From NCBI RefSeq assembly GCF_004010195.1, contig NC_057719.1, forward strand, positions 32,713,948-32,777,947: a DNA stretch of 64,000 bases, read 5' to 3'. A program made the translations under genes and the position numbers. A model generated the notes under the pieces. That model did not search any database, was not told the DNA's origin, and saw only the letters and a list, made by a program, of their open reading frames with translations. Shown here piece after piece: positions 37,669 to 51,743 of this stretch. The stretch comes from Chiloscyllium plagiosum (Eukaryota). Within the stretch, counting starts at the first letter, position 1; every line of letters begins with the position of its first letter.

Positions 37669-39035
37669 ATGTGTACTGAAGAACCTTGGCAGGCCAGAAG
37701 CCTCAGGCCTTGGACTTTAGAGACCACACACCAAAGTCATCCAAGACAAGGCCTAAAGTAGTATGTCTTATGGCTTTGTCTGCATAAACTCTTTCTCCCT
37801 TTCCTACCCATTCTGGTGGTATCAACATAAACCTCACAATTAATTCATGTTCCTATTCAGGATTGTTGGAAATGTCATTCACATTGACACTGGAATGGCA
37901 ACATTATGGTGGGTTTTGGACTTCAGCTGCAGAAAACAATATCTATTCCCCTAACTCTTACCACAACTACATTCTACTTCTCCCACTTCAATGGCTCCGT
38001 GCACCAATGTGCCACAATCATTTCGCTACTTCAGAAATGTAAACTTCCTTGAAGTGAGTGAGATTGACTCATTTCATCTGACAATCTTTAAACCACAGAT
38101 CCTTATTTTAGCCACTTACAGCAAGTTACATTCTGCTTCACTCTCACACCACAGCTGAAAATAATACATTTACGCAAAGTACATCTCCACAGATATGTCA
38201 CTTACTTGACAAACATGTGCTTCCTCATTCAGGAAAGTAAAATATAACCAAGTGTGATCAAATTTGCTTCAGTAAATAGTTTCAAGTTATATTGCACAAC
38301 TATACAAATAGACTAAATCTTAAAGAACAAGTGAAGCTAATTCCCTCCAGATGGTTCACAAAAAAAAATTAATATTGTGCAGAACCGAGCAGAAGTCCTC
38401 TCTCTCTGGAGTTTAACCATTTTGCACCACTTTCACTGGCCAATTGGTTTCTATGTGGTACAGTAGTATTTGGTGCTTGCATCTGCTTTTATTCCCAGAA
38501 TCTCGCTATACAATACCAGAGTTTATCAAAACTGGAAACTTACCATCCCCGTGTTGAGTATTCAATGTAGCATAACCCTAACTGAATTTAAATTAATTCA
38601 TTTGGAATTAGACTGAAGTTGCTCAAACATCGAATTATCGTTCCATGTTGCCAGGATTTCAGACACCCAATCAAAGATGCAACAGATACCTGTTAACATT
38701 CATATCCTTCAAATGCAGAACTGAATCTTAATTTTCTTTGGCAAAGTGCCAGCTATGTGGAGTTTTTTTGGAGGGCTTTTCAGTGCAAGGCTGATTGAAT
38801 TTTCTTACTGCAACTTCCCAATCTCACCTTATTAGTTATCTCACCCACCCCCAAGGCATCCCTCACATCAAATACAAGCCCCTTTTAACTAAATGCCATT
38901 CCTGGAACAACACAGCACTGCTGGGATATCCCAGGATCCCTAGCATTCTTGCCCTTGTGCCAAAGACCATTGTGCACCTGGACCAGCACTGTCAGTCTGG
39001 AATTGCCCTGAATGTTATCTGATATTTGTCCAGAC

Positions 39036-39235
39036 ATGGCAGGCAGGGAAAAACTGTTCCCCAGTTTGTGGGCAGGGACCTTATGGTCCTGCTGGATGGG
39101 ATGGTACCGACGTGGGACTTACTCTTCCCTCAAGAACAGAAGAGGAAGCCACTCAGATCAGTGCAGTGTCAGCCATCTGTTGGAATGCCCAGTGGTGTAG
39201 GAAAAACATCAATGACCCTTCTCCTCTCTGTCAGT
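39036..39235 (+). pseudogene. Second decayed Harbinger-type Myb/SANT-like ORF
   Basis: KTVPQFVGRDLMVLLDGMVPTWDLLFPQEQKRKP and, in another frame, WNAQWCRKNIND (QCRKK.NDL-like). Confidence 0.55.
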
Positions 39236-39949
39236 ACTAGTGCCATAATCTTCTCTTCAATACCTCACATGCACTGTACCTCTGTTGCTGCACTCCATCT
39301 CTCATCAAGGCTCATGTTCTAACACAGTCACCATTATTTATAACAACTTGCCTCACTTAATTTCACCCATCATAGCCCCCACCATCACTAACCCTGCGCA
39401 GCCTCTGTACTCACCCAGGACCAGCACCAACCATCCACTTAAAACTCCCTTCATACTTGCCTGCCCTCTCATTCCAGGAGGAAAAAACAGCCCACAACTG
39501 GACAGAAAGAACCAATACTGATAGTGGGCTTTCTGATATTCAGCTCCTCATCCCTCATGAGGGGAGGGTCCTGACTCTGACCACCCAATTGAGACTGACT
39601 GTGTCCAAGCTCCTGAACTGGTATCAGAAACTGCCCTTGACTTATTTTGCCCCTAACCCCTGACAGAAGGCTCAATCTCCCTTGACTGAGGCCTGACAAG
39701 CTTTGTGTTAGTGTTAAATGGCACGGCGCTGGGAAACAAAAACCGAAATTGCGAGTGAAGTGGAAGTCAGAACAGGTACCTGGTGACTGCAGCTTGCCAC
39801 TTGCTCCAAAGAATGGTAATGTTTGACATTGGGCACCAATGTCATCTCAAGTGCCACGGATAATCCACGTCCACTTCAAGGTATCCAAAATGTGCCAACC
39901 TCTAAGGATGCATGTGGTATTTATACATTTACGGATTGCTTCTATACTT

Positions 39950-40240
39950 ATAGAGTCATAGAGTCTTAGAGATGTACAGCACGCAAACAGACCCTTCGGT
40001 CCAACTTGTCCATGCCAACCAGATATCCCAACCCAATCTAATCCCACCTGCCTGCACCTGGCCCATATCCCTCCAAACCCTTCCTATTCATGTACCTATC
40101 CAGATGCCTTTTAAATGTTGCAATTGTACTAGTGTCCACCATGTTCTCTGGCAGCTCATTCCATACATGTCCCAACCTCTACGTGAAAAAAATTGCCCCT
40201 TAGATCTCTTTAATATCTTTCCTCTCTCACCCTAAACCTG
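39950..40240 (-). mobile_element. CR1 3' end
   Basis: Homologous to 19288-19575. Confidence 0.88.
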
Positions 40241-40589
40241 ACTTGTATTACCTTGCCTTGACATTTTGCAGTTTGCCCGCTCAGCCAGAGATACCAGGCT
40301 CACATTACTGCTGTACTAAAATAAACAACTGTGGATGCTGAAGATTTGAAACAAAAGCAGAAATTGCTTTTGCTTTAAAATTTCTTTTGAAAGACGATAC
40401 CTCCAACACTGCAGCACTCCCTCAGTCTAGGCTGCCATCTCAATGGAATACTATGTGCTTCAGCCTGTGGAGTGGAATTTCAGCTCAGAGCCATCTGATT
40501 TAGTGCTCTGAGAATATTGAGAGGAATAGAGGCAGTGTAAGACCTTGGATGACATGTGGACAGGTCCCCGAAGGTCATACAGATAAGGT

Positions 40590-41300
40590 GGTAAAACAAA
40601 TACATGAAATGCTTTCCTTTACTGGAGAAGGTTGCAGCTGGAATTTTACATACAGTTCTTGTCACTGCATTATGAGGGTACAGTTGCTGTAGAGAGAGTA
40701 CAGATGGGATAGTGCCACAGCTGGAAAGTTGCAACTATAAGGAAAGATTGGATTGCTAAATGGATGTCCATTCAGTTATCAGACTCTCTGGTCCCTAGCT
40801 TGGTTCAAGTAAGAGGTGCCTTTAGTTTGTTTGGATAGAGCCAATCTCCAATGTTTGTTTCCTTGTTATGCCACTGCACAGACCCAAACTGCATTGGTGA
40901 CTATGTTTTTTTATTGAACAAAGTATATTTTGAAATAAATAAAAAAAGATTAGGGTTGTTTCCTTAGTGCATAGGAGGCTGTGGAGTGATTTAATGGAGT
41001 TGTACAAAATTATAAGGTGCTTGGATTGAATAGTCAGGAAAAACATATTTTCATAGATTGAAGGTGTTTGGTAAAAAGGAGTAGACAGTACAGGGAAAGA
41101 AAAGAACAGCTCCTGCAGAGGAGGGAAGGTGGTGTCTGGAATTCATCATCCAGCATAATTTTGGATGCAGAAACCTTCAACTATTTAAAAATAGTGTAAT
41201 CTTCAAATCTCGGAACAAGGTGCTGGAAGATGGGATCAGATTCAGATCAGATGGGCTGAATGGCTTCTTTCTGTACTGTATTTTTTCTATGGTGCTATGG
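40590..41300 (+). mobile_element. Old CR1 3' fragment interrupted by a roughly 190-bp insert
   Basis: Degenerate ORF2 end (gagtgatttaatggagttgtacaaaattat) and tail gggctgaatggcttctttctgtactgta. Confidence 0.6.
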
Positions 41301-42426
41301 AATACAGACCCAGGCTGACAGAAAGTATCAAATGCCATGAAGTTCAATTGCTTCCATCCAGTAACCCATACAAATTGTTTCAAACACTGACTATCACTGA
41401 ATTAGTCTCATCATTTAAGTGCTTTTCTCTTTTTTGTTAATGGATGTAAGATGTGATTTATGTGACAGAATCTATTTCAATCATATGCTGAATATGTCTC
41501 GTATTGTCTGTGATTCTTTGAATATTTATGTGTTTGAGTACTCTTGTTGCACAGCATTGAATTGAATGATTACATTAGGATTGGGGATGAAAGCAGTCAC
41601 TCCATTCACACTACTCAAAGAGTTACATGGATGATCAGTAAATGAAGATTAAACATTTGGAAATTATTGGACATAGCAGGGCACCTTGAAGACTTATGAA
41701 TTGAATTGTACCAGTTTAATGTATAGTGCTGCAGTACGTTTCTGTTATTGCCTCGCAATGGCTTTTCTCTTCTGTGGGCATAGGGGATGGTGATGATGGT
41801 GCAATGGGCCTGCAGGCTGGGGAATATGGTGGGACATGGATCTGTGATGACCAAGTGTTGGGGTATGGGGGTGGGCAAGGGCAGGAGATTGGTTTGTAGC
41901 AGAGTTTGTTGCAGTGACAGGGTAATCCTGAGGTGGGTGGGGGATGTACCTGTGACCAGGCAGGAGGATTAGTCTGTGATGGGGAAAGGTGATAGACCTA
42001 TATTATGGTCAACCTTAGTGGCAGTGGGAAGATGAGGACATGATGGGCAGGGAGTTGGTTTATGACATGTAGAAATGGGGCAGGCCAGCTTTGCATGTAA
42101 CATAGATATGCTTTAGACAGCTGATGAATAAGACTTGTTACCTCATGGCTTAATTTTGTTTTTTGAAGGTTGGGATAAATGTTTTCATCATTTATGGCAG
42201 TCTGCAGCAGTGAGCACGCTGCCCTTGGCTCTGAATTAATCTTTGTTCTTGTGAATCTCAGGGCACTGAAGGCAAGTGTGACTTGCCTGATCTTTGGACC
42301 AACTTGGTGCTGCATTAATATTGGTAAGATTATTTGATTTTATCTTTGATAAAGTGGTGCATGCTGCTTTAAGGGTTCTGGCAATCCAACTCTATATTGA
42401 CAGCCAATGTCAGCAGGCTGTTGATC

Positions 42427-42719
42427 ATAGAATCCCTACAGTGCAGAAGCAGTTCATTCAGTTCATTGAGTCCACACCGACCATCCAATTGGCATCCCAC
42501 TCAGACACAAACTCTTTACATTTCCCATGGCTACTGCACCTAGCCGACACATTCCTAGACATTATGAGAAATTTAACATGCAAGTCCACCACACCAGAGG
42601 AAACTCACGCAGATACAGGGAGAATGTGCAAACTCCACACAGTCACCTGAGGTTGGAATTGAACCTGGGTCCCTGGTGCTGTGAGGTAGCAGTGCTAACC
42701 ACTGAGCCACCGTGCTGCC
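42427..42719 (-). mobile_element. Degenerate V-SINE
   Basis: ggaaactcacgcagatacagggagaatgtgcaaactccacac...gtgctaaccactgagccaccgtg. Confidence 0.8.
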
Positions 42720-44270
42720 TGGAGGGGTGGAGGGGGCAGGGCGGAGGACGTGACTGACCTTAGTCTAATTCTGCCCTCACTCGTTATCAACAAAATATAC
42801 TTTCCAAGCAAATTGATCTGGAACATGAGTCATGGTTCATTTTCATTTGCATCTTTAGCCAGGACACTGAGACTAACTTGAAATCTTCACTGGTATTCTA
42901 ACGGAGATCAGCATATAATGCAAAACAGAACAAGGTCTCAGTACCAGATTACAATGTACTTACCCAACAAACTATCAGATGATCCAGAAAGATTATTTTT
43001 ACTTATGTCAATCCATGTTTGGCCCCAAGGTAAATTCCTGACATATACCATGAAAAAAATACAAACACTCTCAAATAATTTAAGCTATCTGATGTGATAT
43101 AAGTAGTTAAATAATAAACACTAATTATCGCTTCATCTTAGAAACAAGCACATGAAAATTACTGTGCTTTGAATGATTCCGAGAAACGATTCCACAGAAT
43201 CTTCTATGAAGTGACTGCCTTGGGTCTGGAACCAGTACAACATAATGGACGAGAATAATGCAAGCAATGCTAAAGGTCACCACTAAATTTTGTTTGAGCA
43301 GATTTAGTTGAAACCCAGTAGGCTCTATGGTGAAAACACATGACAGTTTAATTTACTAGTCTAGACTCTAAAAGACCTGAGTTACTCTCGAGAATGAAAA
43401 CCGGCTTTTAGACAGGAAGCTAATTTTCTAAGGAAACAAATGACAGTGCAAAGCCAGAGTGATGTTAGGATGACAATTAATAATACAAAATTGCAATACA
43501 ATGGAAAACATTTCATCCTGCCTTGATGAAACAAATCCATCTACTTACATGCAATTGTTTTTCGAGGATATTTTTCATGGCATTAGCAAATTTCAGGTTG
43601 AGGTGGCATTGTAACCAGTCTATAATCACTTTACATAACACAGAGACACAAAGAGCCAGTTCTGCCATCAGGAATCCAGTGGAGCGAAACTTTCAGTCAC
43701 AGATTGTTAAGGATATCAACCTTTTATCAAACTCCAGCATAGGGCCCCTTCTAGTAAACATTGTGGGTGACTGTAGGGTCACCTGGCTGGATGGACTTCC
43801 AGGAATACTCAGATTGACACCTTGCAACTCTGATTGAGCAAGCTAAGGGCTCTTTTTAGGCAAATAATAATGAATTTATTTTTCCCTGATTCACATTTTT
43901 TTTTACTCTTTACACTTTTGGCGACTGTGTGTATGGGATAAGGCGGGATACAGTTTGGAGGATCAGTGCAGAACTGATGCGCCAAATGGCCTCTATCTGC
44001 TCTGTGGGGATTCTATGATCATTTCCACAAGATTTAGTAAATTAATGAACCCATCATGTGCTTCTATACTTCAATACAAATCAATGCTTTAGACTTACAC
44101 ATACATCTTTCATAAAACTATGTGCAATTTTAACTTAGCATTTTTCTTGCATTACAAAGCGACTGGCATTTAAAAAACTGAATTCTGTATGTAGTTTAAT
44201 ATCCATATGATCTGCAATATTGTAGAAATACCTGTCTCTCTCTGTATTCATCTTATTTTCACATTCTCAC

Positions 44271-44410
44271 CTGGAAAGTTCCACTTGGATTGATGTTGAT
44301 ATTTGCATGCATCCATTGTTCCCCTTGGTTTCCAGACATAGTCCAGATGAGATTTTCAGTCACAGTTGATCCTTTGAATCCTTTGAATCGCAAAAACACA
44401 TTCAAAGTAC
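44271..44410 (-). CDS. mdga2: mdga2 coding exon (MAM domain)
   Basis: Acceptor tgttgttttccag|GT, donor CAG|gtgaga, 140 bp, phase 1 to 0. Encodes GTLNVFLRFKGFKGSTVTENLIWTMSGNQGEQWMHANININPSGTFQ (MAM motif W..SGNQG..W) and joins in frame to LIFEG. Confidence 0.93.
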
Positions 44411-45069
44411 CTGGAAAACAACATGTTACAAAACAATTTCAATGTTGAACTGCCCTTAGAAACAGCCCAAGACTTTTCTGACAGGGATAATTTAGTGGAG
44501 ATTGGTGAGACGCTTTGTTATTGCTCATCAAACTTGAATTCTGAAAAATGGCATGTAACTAAAAATATTGGTATTAGGAAAAGATGACAAGGACAAAAGT
44601 AGTTTCAGCTCCCCAGAGAATCAAGGCCCTTTGAATTGCTTCCTGCTACCACAAAATGATGTTGGATCTGATCCAAGATTAGCATTGACTATGTCCAATT
44701 TTATATCCAAACTAAGGACACAGCCTCACAGAGTAGCTTAATAACAGGTGTATAGTCTACCTGAAAGGGTAAGGTATCTCAAAAGTTTGAGCAATAGGTG
44801 AAGTCAGTTGTTTCACACTGGTAACATGTAACAATGCAAGTGGAGTTTGCCACAAACTAAATGTCATCAAGCCAAAAAAATGTTTTAACTATCACACAAA
44901 TATTTAATGTGCTGTATGAATTTCCATACTGGCGTGATGTTAGATATGTAGGCTGTATATCCTAAAGACTGGTGGACTGGTGGATTGTATCAATACCACT
45001 TCCCTTCAGTTTTTTCCCACAAGTGACCATACATAACCAGCCCAGGTTGCAAAACACACTGTCCAATGA

Positions 45070-46035
45070 GGTCAGTATTGGGACCACTGCTTTTCATAAT
45101 TTCTACGACTGACTTGGGTGTGCAGGTGCTTCTTCAAACTAGCAAACATTGAATTGTGTGAAGGATAGTGATAGAGTTCCAGAGGATACTGGGCAAGCTG
45201 GTGGATTAGGCAGAAAGGTGATGAATGTAATGTAGACAAGTGTGAAGTCATGTATTTTGTTAGGGAGGCAATATAAACAAAGGAAACAATTCTAAAACGG
45301 ATGCAGAAGTCGAGGGGCCTTGGGTTAGATGTACACAAAACACTGAAAGTGACACAATAAGTTAAGAAATTAATGAGCAAAGTTCACAGGCTCCTAGGTT
45401 TTTAAGAAGTAATACAATAGTTTGAAGAATTAATGAGCACAATCACAGTTCCCAGGCTTTTTAAGAAGAAGCACACACATAGAACAAAAATAACAAGTTA
45501 TGGTGAACTTATGTTCAGTTTTGGGCACCACAATTTAGCAGGCATTGGGAAGGGCCCAGAAAAGATTTTTGAGAATGGTTACAGGGAGAAGGGACATATA
45601 CACATGGGAATAGATTGGAGAATATGGAATTGTTCTTCTTAGAGAATGCATGGTTGAGAGGAGATTTGAAATAAGTGTTCAAAATTATGAGAGGTCCAGA
45701 CACAGTATACAGAGAGTAACTGCTCCTGTTGGTGGAAGGATCAGGAACCAGACAACTAGACCAAATGACAAAAGAACTAATAACATAAGGCAAAGCATTT
45801 TCCATGCAACAAGCATTTAACATCTGGAATGCAATGCTGAAGTGTATGGTGGAGCCAGGCTCCGCCTGACTTTCAAAAGATAATTGAATAATTATCTGAG
45901 TGGAGAAAATGTACAGGACTACAGGAGAGATGTGACAGTCAGAGTAGAGTGGCTGACATGTTCTTTCAGAGAGTCCACATGGACACTATCAGTCAAATGG
46001 GCTCCTCATATCCTGCTGCAATTCTATGATTCTGC
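45070..46035 (+). mobile_element. Old CR1 RT/3' fragment
   Basis: ggtcagtattgggaccactgct (GSVLGPL), aagtgtgaagtcatgtatttt and an attctatgattct tail. Confidence 0.75.
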
Positions 46036-48469
46036 AATTAATAGACAATGTGAACTTCACGTAGACAAACCATCAAATCAAACTGTGAAATGATCAAACA
46101 GATTGCCAATGATCTGTCACAAAATATTAATGTATTCTAACTATTAAAGAATTTCTGTTTGTTTTTGTTTATTTCTATTCAGCAAGTGATTTTCTGTTGT
46201 AAAATCTATCTCAAATACAGCACTTCACTGCCTTCAAATATTTTAACAGATTGTTTTAATCAGACAGCCGATCACAGTACAGTAGTAAATATTCATGCAA
46301 TAAACAAACAACTCGTGATACTTGCATTGAATGCAGTTCAGATAAGGTTCACTAGCTTTATCCCACAGATGAGGGGTCGATCTCATTCGGAAAAATTGAG
46401 TAGTTTGGAACCAGACTCATTGAAGTTTAGATGAATTTATTGAAATACGCTTGAGGGGCTGACTAGCTTATTTCTGCTGCTATCTGTCAAATTCTCATGA
46501 ACAGGTGGGCTTATAGGTCAGTTCAATACACTTCATTGTAGGTGTTCTTTTCCCATGCTTTAACCTAGGGAAAGACAACCAGGGCAGGAGATCTGGATTT
46601 AACAGCTTACTGAGGAAAGCTGCTGCCAATTCCTCTCTCAGAAATCACTTCATACCTTTTTCAAGGAGGTTACTTCACTTGTTCAACAGTAAAAATAAAT
46701 GAACTAGTAAGTTAAGAAGTTACATTATGATTTGAATACAGGATTGTTAGTATCCTCCTTCTTTTATGCAGACCAGTAAGATAGATGTATTTATCCTTTT
46801 TTTCGTGATCATTGTGGCTCCTTCCCCATTGATACATGGCAGACCTTTGATGTCTGCTTGACCAAATTCAGTACAAAATGGTTTGTTTTTGTTCTCAGAG
46901 TTAAAAGTTAATATAAAGGGTTTAAACCACTGCATAACTTTTGGAAATACTTGTCTTGAACCAGGTGTGTTTATGTACTTGCTTCAAAAGACTTTTAACC
47001 GGAACAGACTGCCTTCAGCAACTTTATTGTACACATGGTCCTAGAAGAATAGGGATGATGGGTCCATCAGCCAGGTTTAGCAGCTTTGTGAGGCAGAAAC
47101 TTATAACAAAGGGCTTTCAGCAGTAGCCGGGAGTCAGCCTGATCATTTATGGATTGCTAAATGTCCGCTGTTGGACAAAAAGATTCCTGGACCCTGCCTG
47201 CTTCCAGCTGAACTCAATTATTTCCTGGAGATAAATGAGCTCAAACAGTCATTGGATATGTTACTCAACAGATGACTTTTGACCTAAAGAAAATCAGAAA
47301 TCCAAGTCTGATGAGCAGCATTTTTAAGGATTTTCAATCTCAAATATTTCAAACCTTTGCCATAGGTTTAATAGTTGTGAGTGGGACAGACATAAAGCAC
47401 AATTTGTTGGCAGCTTTTAGTTCAGTTTCATGGATTTTTTAAAAATATAACTTGCTATCCTTCAAAACAATGCCAACAGAAGACTCTTTCATTTTCATGC
47501 CCTCCTGAATTTTTCCTTCTCTTCTGGTGTTATTTTAGAGGGATGTCGATCATTACAAAGTTTAGTGCATTGTGGGGGAAGGGTTCAAAGAGGCTATGCA
47601 TCATTTTGACAGTGTGCCATACACAAATGACAGTGAGGTGATTTTCAGGAAGGTAGTGACCCTTTAAATAGAAACTACTTGAGCGATATCACTTCTCAAT
47701 AATATAGATTGAAATAAAACCTAATTTGGGGCTGTTCAAAATATTATGCAATAACTCTTCCATTCTAAAGATATTAGCCATGGTTACGGTCATACCATTC
47801 CTTGCTCTCTGTAAATTAGTTTTACTGCCAAAAAGCAAAATAAAGAAAAGCCAAATCATTCCCAAATGAGCCAGTTATTGAAAAATAAAACAAGACCGAT
47901 TATGTTTTATGGACCTAGAGCAGTTCGCCCTATGCCCTCACACTTTATAAAGCCAATCTCTATCTTTATGTACAATCTATGTATTGAATTTTGGTCAGGA
48001 AATTGATTGGGTTCAGATGCAGCTAAAGTGGCTCTGAAATAAAAGTTTGAACATACAGATTATGGGTTATGGCACACAAATCAAACCAGTTGTCGTTGTT
48101 GCCTCTGCTCTTAATTCTGATTCAAGACTTGGTGGTCCTGAATGTATTAGTGCTCTCAAACTTCAGATGCAGCTTTCCCAAAGTCTCTGGTTAGTCAGTT
48201 GCATAGAAACATACAAATCAAGAGCAGGAGTAGGCCATTCACCCCCTCAAGCCTACTCTGTCATTCAATAAGCTCATGGTTCATCAGAATGTAGTCCTAA
48301 ATCCACAGTCCTGCCTATCTTGATAACCTTTCAACTTCTTAATAAGAAAAACAAGAGTCGGTGATCTTTGCGTAATAATGTACATCCCTAAATAAATATC
48401 AGTTAACTTCCTTTGTGATTGTAACTAGGATCTGTTTACAGTTGACTATGCCACCTTTTCACTCTGCAA

Positions 48470-48640
48470 ATTTCCCATTAACTGATGTCCTCTAGGGAAG
48501 GAAACTGTCATCCTTACTTGGTCTGCTCTACATGTGACTCCCAACCCACAGCAAGGTGATTGATTCTTAATTGCCCTCTGGAGAATGGACAATAAATGCT
48601 GCCTAGCCAACGATGCCCTCATCCCATGAATGAATAAAGA
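48470..48640 (+). mobile_element. SINE 3' half sharing its tail with the L2-like LINE (possibly MetaSINE-type core)
   Basis: gtcctctagggaaggaaactgtcatccttacttggtctg...catgtgactcc core, and tail aataaatgctg...atcccatgaatgaataaa like 9835-9890. The family name is from memory. Confidence 0.55.
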
Positions 48641-50358
48641 AAATTTGTTGGATTGGTCTACCAAGGTGCCTGGGTCAGAGGTGCAGGGTGGCTTGGCATG
48701 GATTTGTGGGTGAAGAGTCAATCTGCAGGAGGGTTCAGGGCTGCAGAGGGACTGGAGCCATCTTGCTACTTGGGTTCACTAAAGAAAGTACTTGACTCAC
48801 CTTCGAAGGCATCCATTACTTTCAAGAGATGACATGGATCCCCTCTCAGAAAGGGATAAAGGTGCTACTAGAGTGCTCTCCATTTGGACGCATTCTGATT
48901 AGTATTTCAAATTGCTGCTAGAGCAATGTTTTATTAATTAATATTTTTTATTATACAGTAATTTGTACACCACTACACCTATTGTCTTGACATGTCAGTA
49001 ATTACTGTGCTGACTTGCATGTTTTGCATTTCATATGCACTTTATGCCGCTGTATGATTGTGTGGTTTGTGCTGTCCATGTAGCACCTTGGTCCTGGAGG
49101 AACACTGTCTTGTTTTTACTGTATTAGCTGTATATGGTCGAAATGACAAATAAAGCTACTCTTGACTTGGAAGAGCACAGCAGTTCAGGCAGCATCCGAG
49201 GAGCAGTAAAATCGACGTTTCAGGCAAAAGCCTCTTGACTTGACCTGACTTGAAAATCTCCTACCTTATTCACCATCCAAAACCAGCATCAATAAACCGT
49301 CAGGATCAATGCAGGTCATAGAGTCACTCTAACTAAATATAAACTCTGTTCCTGGGGAAAGAATTAGGGTGTTAACCAAATTAGCCCTTAATCCCAGTAA
49401 AGAGGAAGGATCAGTGGAAGCAGTCTAACCAAACCAATATCCAATAGTGGTTGGTTCTGCAGAACATACAACTTGGTCATCAGTGATGGGCGTTAATCAA
49501 CTGAACACGTGGAAAAAACAATGAAGCAGAACCAACATCTGAGGATTAAATCTTCATTTCAGACCTGGTAAAGAGCGCAGGAAAAGCAATGGATTCTAGA
49601 AGTTTAAAAAATAACAGTCACACTTGGCAAGAACAAGGTGCTTCGAGAAGAGAGATCTGTAAGGGCTGTCCTGATGTGAAGTTCGATTGGAACTAACCAT
49701 TTCAGAACTACAAGAGTAAAGCAAAAAATCTTGTTTGATAAATGAAAGAATCTAAATTTATGAGAAAAGGGCCAGACTGGGAAAGACTTAAATTATGGAA
49801 GGGCTACTTACTATTCACAACAAGTGTCACTGTCACTGCAAACACATATCATTAGGCACAAGTGATAGGACAAAGTCAAGGATCTTGGAGTTAATTTAAA
49901 CTGCGGCTGCTGTGGAGCAGAATTAATGTAACGAAAGGTCAAATTAAAAGTTAGAGAAGGTAGAGTCTAATAGAGCAAGATAGCTAAAAGACTGTTAAGA
50001 CTGTGAGAATAGTAGGTGATCAATAACCAAAACCATAATTTTGGTGGGATGATTTTTTAAAGCAATAGCCCATGAAGCTTTCTTGGTAAATCATGGAAGA
50101 GAACGTGTATTATGTTTTAGCGTGTGGAAACGTGGGAAAGTGTCCATTTTACCTACTCCAAAGGGAAAACCTTCATCTTGGCTACAGAAGGCAGGAAATC
50201 TTACATTTTACCAGCAGAGGGTGGGGAACCACCAATCTTACTGTGAAAATATGTGAAGTCACCCCTCAGTAAACAGTACAGAGCAACAACATTGCCTTTT
50301 AATTGAATTTAAAGTTTTAAAAGGAGTAAAATAACAGCATTGCTATGACATAGAATAG

Positions 50359-51743
50359 CTGGAAATGTGTTGCTGGAAAAGCGCAGCAGGTCAGGCAGCA
50401 TCCAGGGAACAGGAGAATCGACGTTTCGGGCATACGCCCTTCTTCAGGAATGGGGAAAGTTTGTCCAGCAGGCTAAGATAAAAGGTAGGGAGGAGGGACT
50501 TGGGGGAGGGGCGTCGGAAATGTGATAGGTTGAAAGAGGTCAAGGTGAGGGTGATAGGTCAGACTGGGGTGGGGACGGAGAGGTCGGGAAGAAGATCTCA
50601 GGTTAGGAAGGCGGTGCTGAATTCGCAGGTTAGGAAGGCAGTGCAGGTTAGGAAAGCTTCCCTCATTCCTGAAGAAGGGCTTATGCCCGAAACGTCGATT
50701 CTCCTGTTCCCTGGATGCTGCCTGACCTGCTGCGCTTTTCCAGCAACACATTTNNNNNNNNNNNNNNNNNNNNNNNNNNNNNNNNNNNNNNNNNNNNNNN
50801 NNNNNNNNNNNNNNNNNNNNNNNNNNNNNNNNNNNNNNNNNNNNNNNNNNNNNNNNNNNNNNNNNNNNNNNNNNNNNNNNNNNNNNNNNNNNNNNNNNNN
50901 NNNNNNNNNNNNNNNNNNNNNNNNNNNNNNNNNNNNNNNNNNNNNNNNNNNNNNNNNNNNNNNNNNNNNNNNNNNNNNNNNNNNNNNNNNNNNNNNNNNN
51001 NNNNNNNNNNNNNNNNNNNNNNNNNNNNNNNNNNNNNNNNNNNNNNNNNNNNNNNNNNNNNNNNNNNNNNNNNNNNNNNNNNNNNNNNNNNNNNNNNNNN
51101 NNNNNNNNNNNNNNNNNNNNNNNNNNNNNNNNNNNNNNNNNNNNNNNNNNNNNNNNNNNNNNNNNNNNNNNNNNNNNNNNNNNNNNNNNNNNNNNNNNNN
51201 NNNNNNNNNNNNNNNNNNNNNNNNNNNNNNNNNNNNNNNNNNNNNNNNNNNNNNNNNNNNNNNNNNNNNNNNNNNNNNNNNNNNNNNNNNNNNNNNNNNN
51301 NNNNNNNNNNNNNNNNNNNNNNNNNNNNNNNNNNNNNNNNNNNNNNNNNNNNNNNNNNNNNNNNNNNNNNNNNNNNNNNNNNNNNNNNNNNNNNNNNNNN
51401 NNNNNNNNNNNNNNNNNNNNNNNNNNNNNNNNNNNNNNNNNNNNNNNNNNNNNNNNNNNNNNNNNNNNNNNNNNNNNNNNNNNNNNNNNNNNNNNNNNNN
51501 NNNNNNNNNNNNNNNNNNNNNNNNNNNNNNNNNNNNNNNNNNNNNNNNNNNNNNNNNNNNNNNNNNNNNNNNNNNNNNNNNNNNNNNNNNGGGCCAGTTC
51601 AGTCAGTCGAAGGAGGGTGTCAGTGGAAGGGTACTGGTCGGTACGGCGGGAAAGAAAGAAGCGGAGGGCTTTGAGTCCTTCGTGATGGGGGATGGAGGTG
51701 TACAGGGACTGGATGTCCATGGTGAAAATAGAATAGGAAACTT
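50359..51743 (-). mobile_element. Young Penelope insertion (inverted pLTRs, gap, RT) with 15-bp TSD
   Basis: FTMDIQSLYTSIPHHEGLKALRFFLSRRTDQYPSTDTLLRLTEL (PLE RT). TSD tatgacatagaatag at 50344-50358 and 51744-51758. Intact hammerhead cores at 50420-50447(-) and 50669-50696(+). Confidence 0.88.
50754..51590. other. Assembly gap
   Basis: Run of N. Confidence 1.

Noticed and set aside
45362..45475. Imperfect duplication of about 60 bp
   Set aside because: Degenerate local duplication inside an old CR1 with no sign of function.
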